A DNA stretch of 14,052 nt, taken from the NCBI RefSeq assembly GCF_006345805.1, contig NW_021825946.1, positions 1 to 14,052 of the forward strand, read 5' to 3'. Position numbers and translations under genes: made by a program. The notes below the pieces were generated by a model that worked only from the letters and a program-made list of their open reading frames with translations, was not told the DNA's origin and did no database searches. The stretch is from Octopus sinensis (lineage: Eukaryota). Positions within the stretch are counted from its first letter, which is position 1; every line of letters begins with the position of its first letter. Shown here one piece after another: positions 7,766 through 14,052 of the stretch.

Positions 7766-7931
7766 TGTAAGACTATTGAATTAACGAACATTTTCCCCTT
7801 TTTACTTTCTCTTCCTCACATTTTCTTTCTACTTCTATTTATCTTTGCCATATAATCATTCCGATGATGTTTATCAATTGCAACGAGGTACATACAAAAT
7901 ATCCCAGCTTGATATACTGAAACAGCTGTAA
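7766..7931 (+). ncRNA. Degenerate minimal type-I hammerhead-like motif in a ~160-bp Penelope pLTR/retrozyme-like unit
   Basis: CCGATGA (7861-7867), stem II gtttatcaa/ttgatatac (7869-77/7909-17, one mismatch), GAAAC, palindromic AGCT, GTA (7919-7930). The unit begins and ends with tgtaa. Confidence 0.4.
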
Positions 7932-8040
7932 ACATACACTCATCTTAATTGAATAATGACTTTATAGCACGAACGAGCCACTTCTCCCTGTTATTATTAC
8001 TCCATATCATATTGTCTTTATATATATATATATATATATG

Positions 8041-8083
8041 CACAGGCGTGGCTGTGTGGTAACTTTCTTACCAACCACATGGT
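8041..8083 (+). mobile_element. SINE family A 5' head fragment
   Basis: caggcgtggctgtgtggtaa...ttaccaaccacatggt matches 929-980. Confidence 0.8.
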
Positions 8084-8584
8084 AAAAAAATCGATAATAG
8101 GGCCCTTCCAATGGATCCTTCTATCTACTACACATTATTAATATTTTAGTCAAACAACCCAAGGGAAATAACCCATGCCACCTCCAGATTTTAGCGAAGC
8201 GATCACTATTTGATTCTCACGATCAGTCGACCTAATTCTGCATTTCACTACTCACAGAACTGCTAAACATTATTATTGCATTTCCTGAAATTGAATCTTA
8301 AACATTAAAGACTTCATTCATTCATTTCTATACATACATACTTTGTTGAATGCCCATTACTCCGATAATTCTGCAGTTTTACAGTTACACTTTTTCCATG
8401 ACAGTAGATACATTTTTTTATTCCACAATGTATTTGTAGTGGCTTCATGCAGGCATAGCGAGGATTCGATCCTCGAATGCCAAATTTCACTTAACACTTC
8501 AACAGCGCTTTTCTCAATAGTTTTTCTGTGAATGACAGCAGTTATACATTTCCCTGATGCCTTCGCTAAACAGAATAACGTTTT

Positions 8585-8676
8585 TGCCTCTCGCCAACCT
8601 ATGACAACCTCTCTCACCAACCTATGACAATCTTTTTCGCCAACCTCCGAAAACCCCTCTCGCCAACCTCCAACAA
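8585..8676. repeat. 23-bp minisatellite, 4 copies
   Basis: Core ccaacct at 8594, 8617, 8640 and 8663, a period of exactly 23. Consensus is approximately cctctctcgccaacctmygacaa. Confidence 0.9.
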
Positions 8677-8854
8677 TCTCTCCTAGTTCCGGTTGACAGT
8701 TTTTTTGTACTTTTTCGTGACGGAAAATACACCTTTTGTGGCAGTTATAACGAAATTGCTTTCTTATATAAGAATAATAAGGCGTTTCAATAGAACATCT
8801 TTATCCCCAGGAATTACCAGCTAGTGATTAAATAAGCAAATAAGTACATTTGTT

Positions 8855-8966
8855 CTTTCCTAAATAGAGCATTTAGCAAACAGGTTTGAATGAATTTCTG
8901 GTCTATTTTCTTGAACCCTTCAAACATGTCACTTTAGCTGATGAATGCTCTATTTAGCATGAAAGC
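8855..8966. repeat. Imperfect fold-back (inverted repeat), about 110 bp
   Basis: ctaaatagagcatt (8860-8873) is the exact reverse complement of aatgctctatttag (8944-8957). Outer ctttc/gaaag and inner gtttgaa/ttcaaac also pair. Confidence 0.75.
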
Positions 8967-9049
8967 TTTTATAGCAATATATATAATTTCCCAGCACAAT
9001 ATATTTAGTACACTTTTGTTTGCTTATGAAGCCAATAAGAAATTACTAT

Positions 9050-9148
9050 AAGATACATACATACACACATGCATACGTATATACATACATACCTTCATAC
9101 ATAGAGACATACAGACAGACAGTCATATGTGTGTGCGTGTGTATGTGC

Positions 9149-9187
<39 letters not shown>

Positions 9188-9231
9188 CATATATATATAT
9201 ATATATACATACATATATATATATATATATA

Positions 9232-9271
<40 letters not shown>

Positions 9272-9365
9272 TGTGTATGTATGATGTATGTATGTATGTA
9301 TGTATGTATGTATGTATGTATGATGTATGTATGTATGTATGGATGGATGGATGTGTAAGTACGTA
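9050..9365. repeat. Compound microsatellite (TACA)-(TG)-(TA)n-(TATG)-(GGAT)
   Basis: Read directly from the sequence. Confidence 0.95.
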
Positions 9366-9485
9366 TGTATATTTTAATTCATATACGAAGATATATATCT
9401 CTCTTTGCTTATATATCTATTAAAAAAGAGACAGGAAATGAGAGAGTGGGAGACAGGGAGGTGCATTTGCACAAAATTTGAGCGC

Positions 9486-9621
9486 GCACACACACACACA
9501 CACACACAAATACATATACACAGGTGCCACACACACACACAGGTACATACACATACACTCAAATGCATGCACACAAGTAAACTCACACACATACACAGAC
9601 ACACTCACACACACATACACA
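9486..9621. repeat. Degenerate (CA)n microsatellite
   Basis: Read directly from the sequence. Confidence 0.9.
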
Positions 9622-9626
9622 TCTGT

Positions 9627-9785
9627 AAACGCAAACTTGGTTGTGAGGTTAAGAAGCTTGCTTCCCACCCATATGGTTTCACGTTCAATCCCACTGCATG
9701 GCACATAGAGCAAATTTCATCTACTACTGCTTTGAGTCGGTCAAAACCTTGTGAGGGGATTTGGTCATAGGAATTGAAAACAAAA
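9627..9785 (+). mobile_element. SINE family A, diverged 5' half
   Basis: taagaagcttgcttccca...gttcaatcccactgcatggcac...aaaccttgtgag. Confidence 0.85.
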
Positions 9786-9799
9786 CACTGTCTGCTTGT

Positions 9800-10007
<208 letters not shown>

Positions 10008-10045
10008 TTATCATGGCTTCCTCACAGAAAATCTCTATAGATAAT

Positions 10046-10083
10046 AAACTGAGTAGCAATGCACCCCGGCGTTGCCCGGGTGC
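10046..10083 (+). mobile_element. Possible Helitron-like terminal motif
   Basis: aactgagtagcaatgcaccccggcgttgcccgggtgc has a GC hairpin resembling the actag...cccggcgttgcccggg ends of animal non-autonomous Helitrons. The other end was not found. Confidence 0.35.
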
Positions 10084-10212
10084 TATGACCTATAGGCACA
10101 TAGTATTATTTCTTCCTTTGTTATGGGCAGAATCGGCACACGAGGAGTATAAAGCACAGAACTCTTCTTTATAAACATGTTTTTCGGTCATTTTCTGATG
10201 AACAACGCTGCA

Positions 10213-10359
10213 ATTTCCGTCTACCAAATTCAAGTCACTAGTCTGTGGTTGGCTTAGGGCTATAGTAGAAAACACTTGCCCAAGGTACCATGCAGAGAGA
10301 CTGAACATGGGACCATGTGGTTGGGAAGCAAACTTCTCGACTACACGGTCATTCTTGCG
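10213..10359 (-). mobile_element. SINE family A, 5' half
   Basis: tagaaaacacttgcccaagg...catgtggttgggaagcaaacttct is the reverse complement of family A. Confidence 0.87.
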
Positions 10360-10366
10360 TTCATAT

Positions 10367-10387
10367 CTGTGTGTGTGTTTGTGTGTG

Positions 10388-10465
<78 letters not shown>

Positions 10466-10488
10466 GTTGTGTGTGGTGTGTTGTGTGT
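10367..10488. repeat. (TG)n microsatellite
   Basis: Read directly from the sequence. Confidence 0.97.
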
Positions 10489-10586
10489 GCTTACATTTAT
10501 TGTTAAATCGAGTATTGTGTCCCACTATGTCTCAAAGTTCACCAAGCAGAGATCTATAAAATAAATGCCAGATTGAAATACGTACT

Positions 10587-10813
10587 GAGGTGAGCCGGCA
10601 GAAACGTTAGCACGCTGGGCGAAATGCTTAGCTGTATTTCGTCTGCCGTTACGTTCTGAGTTCAAATTCCGCCGAGGTCAACTTTGCCTTTCTTCCTTTC
10701 GGGGTCGATAAATTAAGTACCAGTTACGCACTGGGGTCGATGTGATCGACTTAATACCTATGTCTGTCCTTGTTTGTCCCCTCTATGTTTAGCCCCTTGT
10801 AGGCAATAAAGAA
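10587..10813 (+). mobile_element. SINE family B, full length
   Basis: Head ggtgagccggcagaaacgttagc, B box gagttcaaattcc, central core and tail ttagccccttgtaggcaataaagaa. Confidence 0.92.
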
Positions 10814-11021
10814 TTAAGTATGATCAATTAAATTTTTGAAGGTGATACTCCATCATGGCCGACAGTACACTATATGTACATCTCACTCTATGTACAACTC
10901 ACTCTACTTGACATCCAGCAATTAACACTTGTTATTTGAAGCTGAATGGTTAGCGGTATGAAAGATGTCCAGATTTCTTTAAAAATTATTTCACCACAAG
11001 TATTTTTTCACCACAACAAAC

Positions 11022-11023
<2 letters not shown>

Positions 11024-11075
<52 letters not shown>
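11024..11075. repeat. (CA)n microsatellite
   Basis: Read directly from the sequence. Confidence 0.97.
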
Positions 11076-11079
<4 letters not shown>

Positions 11080-11460
11080 TGTCTCTGTGGTAACTTGAGC
11101 TACTACAAATAGCAGCCAAATCTCTCTTCAAACACACCCTTTCATCAAAAGAAAGATTATATAATGAGTTTGCTACATCAGAGGCAACTCTGGGCTAAAT
11201 AAAACACCAAAAAAAACATACTCCACATTAAAAGATTATCTACTAAATAATACTAATAAAGTTGACTGTGTGTCTTTGTAGTTTCATTCCCTGGCAAAAC
11301 TCCATGTATTTTAAACATTTTCTCATTATGCTCTGTGTAAGACATAAAATTTGTTCAGGCAGAGTTTCTTCCCTTCGATAAAGACCTCAAAATTGTGCGA
11401 CCCGACCTTGTTTTCGTTATCAGTTTTGTAGTTAAAAGAGTTGTTGTGCCATAAACATAC

Positions 11461-11580
11461 TTTATCTTGTAGCCGAAAGATTACTGAATCTTTTGATACT
11501 TCATACATCAAAATCGGCAACTCAGTTTTCGAATTCATAAGGAACATACTCGTACACACACGCGTACTCGTGCGCGCACT
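11461..11580 (-). CDS. Candidate 120-nt phase 0-0 exon (SARTSTRVCTSMFLMNSKTELPILMYEVSKDSVIFRLQDK)
   Basis: Acceptor aaaacag| at 11582/11581 (weak pyrimidine tract), donor |gtatgt at 11460-11455, within a 77-aa ORF in unique sequence. No homology recognised. Confidence 0.22.
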
Positions 11581-11789
11581 CTGTTTTATTATATAAGAAG
11601 ATTAAGGACAACGCCGGCTTGGCTGTATGAAAATATATAGTAGTGAAAGTAATGTTTTACATTAAACAGACATGTAGATAAGTTCTAAATGAAAAATGCT
11701 GGCACTTTCTTCGAAGGTTCGGCTAACCTGCTTGAAATAGACTGATTGTTCTTCAAATGAATCCTTAACTGTTTTATTTATAACTATTC

Positions 11790-12000
11790 TTAAAAATGGC
11801 CAGTTTTCCGGATTCTGTGGGGCTTATATTTCACCCCCACTGGACAGGACACTGGCCTGTCGCAGGTTTCCTCATTTTTGCTAGCTGGGTGAACCAGAAC
11901 AACGTGAAAGGAAGTATTTTGCACACTACACACCGACCTGTCCAGAAATCGAAAACATAATCTTACGACCATGTCTGCAGCATCTTAACCACTGATCCAC
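11790..12000 (-). mobile_element. Diverged CORE-like SINE (family D) with a family-C-type tail
   Basis: Minus strand: tRNA-like head, central ...ttcctttcacgttgttctggttcacccagctagcaaaaatgagg (CORE-like), tail cctgcgacaggccagtgtcctgtccag...ccggaaaactggcc. Confidence 0.75.
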
Positions 12001-12012
12001 ACACACACACAC

Positions 12013-12277
12013 ATCCAGTTGATCTGATCAACAGAGCAGCCTGCTCGAGCAACTGACGTGCATGTGGCTGAACACTCCACAGAAACGTGTACCCCTAACG
12101 TAATTCTCAGGGAGATTAAGTGTGAAATATAGATATGACTCATTTTTGCCCGCTGAATGGACTGGAGCAACGCAAAATAAAGTGTCTTTCTCAACAACAT
12201 AATGTGCCACCGGTAATCGAAACCACGACCTTACAATCGTGAGCTGAATACTCTAACACTTCACCATGGACCTTCAC
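12013..12277 (-). mobile_element. CORE-like SINE (family D) with a different 3' tail
   Basis: Minus strand: A box tggtgaagtgtt, B box ggtttcgattacc, core gaaagacactttattttgcgttgctccagtccattcagcgggcaaaaatgagt, tail ...ctccctgagaattacgttaggggtacacg. Confidence 0.8.
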
Positions 12278-12526
12278 ATATATTTTTGCACACGCACACA
12301 CATGCATATATTAGAGATATTTTGATGTGCAATTGCAACCTGGAAATACCCTTTGTATGTTAAAACAACCGCAATGATGTTTTACACAAAATTAATATAA
12401 ATCTCCTCGCATCACTCACTGGGTTATTGAATGCTAAATCTGAAAGATTGTTATTACTGTTCAACAAACTTCAACAGCGAAGTAAAACTTTGAAGTTACC
12501 GTTCCTTCATACTTCTAAGAAATAAG

Positions 12527-12680
12527 ATGTGGGTAGAAGCTTGCTTCCCAACCACATAGTTCCAGGTTCAGTTCTGCTGCGTGGCACCTTGGGTAGGTGT
12601 CTTCTACTATAGCCTTGGGCCAACCAAAGCCTTGTGAGTGGATTTGGTCGACGGGAACTGAAAGAAGCCTGTCGTATATA
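12527..12680 (+). mobile_element. SINE family A, 5' half
   Basis: agaagcttgcttcccaaccacatagttccaggttcag...caaagccttgtgagtggatttgg...ctgaaagaagcctgtcgtatata. Confidence 0.9.
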
Positions 12681-13022
12681 TTCAACCCATTGCAGATTTG
12701 CATGGTTTGAAACACGAGTAATAAACAAAAGTTGGTAACTAAAAGGGTGCTTCCACTATTCCATTACCATAGGGCTTTTAAGTAGATGGGTTGAAAAATG
12801 AGATCATCCTAACGAGAGATCTTTACATCATTGGATTATAGCGTTATACAACACGGGGACCACTCTCTGAGTGTCTGTGATTAGTACATAGTTACCGGCC
12901 GAAGCGAGATGTTCAATAATTACCTGAAATCGTAAGTTTTACATCAAATGCGCGCCTTCACACCAACCAAAAGGTATTTCTACATCCTCGCGCTCATCAC
13001 ATATGCTAGTTAGCCCCATCTG

Positions 13023-13105
13023 AGACCCTAACTAGTGTTACTACTCCGAGTCAGAGTAAAGCTGGGAGCTATGGTATCTAAGGAGTATTTCCAAACTACT
13101 TGGAA
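13023..13105 (+). repeat. Diverged dispersed repeat fragment, homologous to 6602-6747
   Basis: Aligns by eye with 6602-6680. Confidence 0.5.
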
Positions 13106-13124
13106 CTTTAAAGTTGTATACACA

Positions 13125-13410
13125 TAGGCATGCGTACGTAAGTACATACACACATAGACATATAAATACATGTATACATACATACATACATACCTATATA
13201 CATACATACATACATACATACATACATACATACATACATACATACATACATACATACATACATACCTATATACATATACATACATACATACATACAGAAG
13301 AGACACATATACATACATAAAGACATACATATACATACATAGATGTTCATAATGCAGAACATCATACATGCAGGCAGACATGCATGCATGCAAGCATACA
13401 TACACACATG
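13125..13410. repeat. (TACA)n compound microsatellite
   Basis: Read directly from the sequence. Confidence 0.95.
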
Positions 13411-13624
13411 CGTTGATGTATAAACGAACGGAAATAATATATTAAATACAAATTAATAGAAAACAAACCAATGAACAAAACAAAACAATTACCGAACAAT
13501 TCTAAAAACATAAAACAAACGGGGAAAATAACCACGAAAGAAATAACATTATATTTAATAGATTAATCAAAGAGTCAACAAAAGTCAAAACAAACAGAAT
13601 GAAACAAAATATTCCGAAACAGCC

Positions 13625-13770
13625 ACACACACAGATATATATATATATATATACACACACATATATGGCTGTTTCGGAATATTTTGTGTGTATGTATGTA
13701 TGATGTATGTATGTATGTATGTATGTATGTATGTATGTATGTAGTATGTATGCGTGTATGTGTGTATACA
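13625..13770. repeat. (CA)/(TA)n and (TATG)n microsatellites
   Basis: Read directly from the sequence. Confidence 0.9.
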
Positions 13771-14052
13771 ACAACCCAACACACACAACACCATATAACG
13801 AGAAAATTATAACAAATGGTTATAAAGATTTGATTGAAACTTAAAGTCATCAGACGGTTCTTACAATTAAACTAAAACAATAGGAGCGGTCGAAAGATTT
13901 CTAAACCGTTTTGTCGTCGATTTTACAAAAGTTTTAGGTGCGGCCATATTAACTTCACTAAGAGGATGAAAATGACGGATTTTCTGTCGTCTGCTAATTT
14001 TTTTCCCACTCTCCCACCTCCCTCTCTCTCTCGCTCTCTAAGTTCAATTATT

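Noticed and set aside
8342-8620. 87-aa minus-strand ORF or exon candidate
   Set aside because: It begins in the minisatellite, has a stop before the best donor, and shows no recognisable domain.
8585-8676. CRISPR-like regular repeat
   Set aside because: Units are contiguous with no unique spacers, no cas genes are present, and the context is eukaryotic.
13420-13620. A-rich AAAC-like tract
   Set aside because: Low-complexity sequence with no defined unit or element.

Overview
This is AT-rich eukaryotic DNA, not prokaryotic. The tRNA-derived SINE families and dense microsatellites point to an octopus (coleoid cephalopod) genome; that assignment is from memory and unverified. No intact protein-coding gene is supported, and almost all ORFs in the track are translated microsatellites or SINEs. 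The window contains: (1) a complete hAT-like TIR element at 25-796; (2) about 13 SINE copies or fragments from 3-4 modular families; (3) a 549-bp non-coding element inside a (TAA)n array; (4) a 5'-truncated, decayed C-terminal restriction-like endonuclease (RLE) fragment of an R4/Dong-like non-LTR retrotransposon inside a (TATG)n array; (5) two hammerhead-ribozyme-like motifs, one resembling Penelope/retrozyme minimal hammerheads; (6) a 23-bp minisatellite, a Helitron-like end and several fold-back structures; (7) a few low-confidence exon candidates. The most notable theme is a possible set of microsatellite-targeting retroelements.
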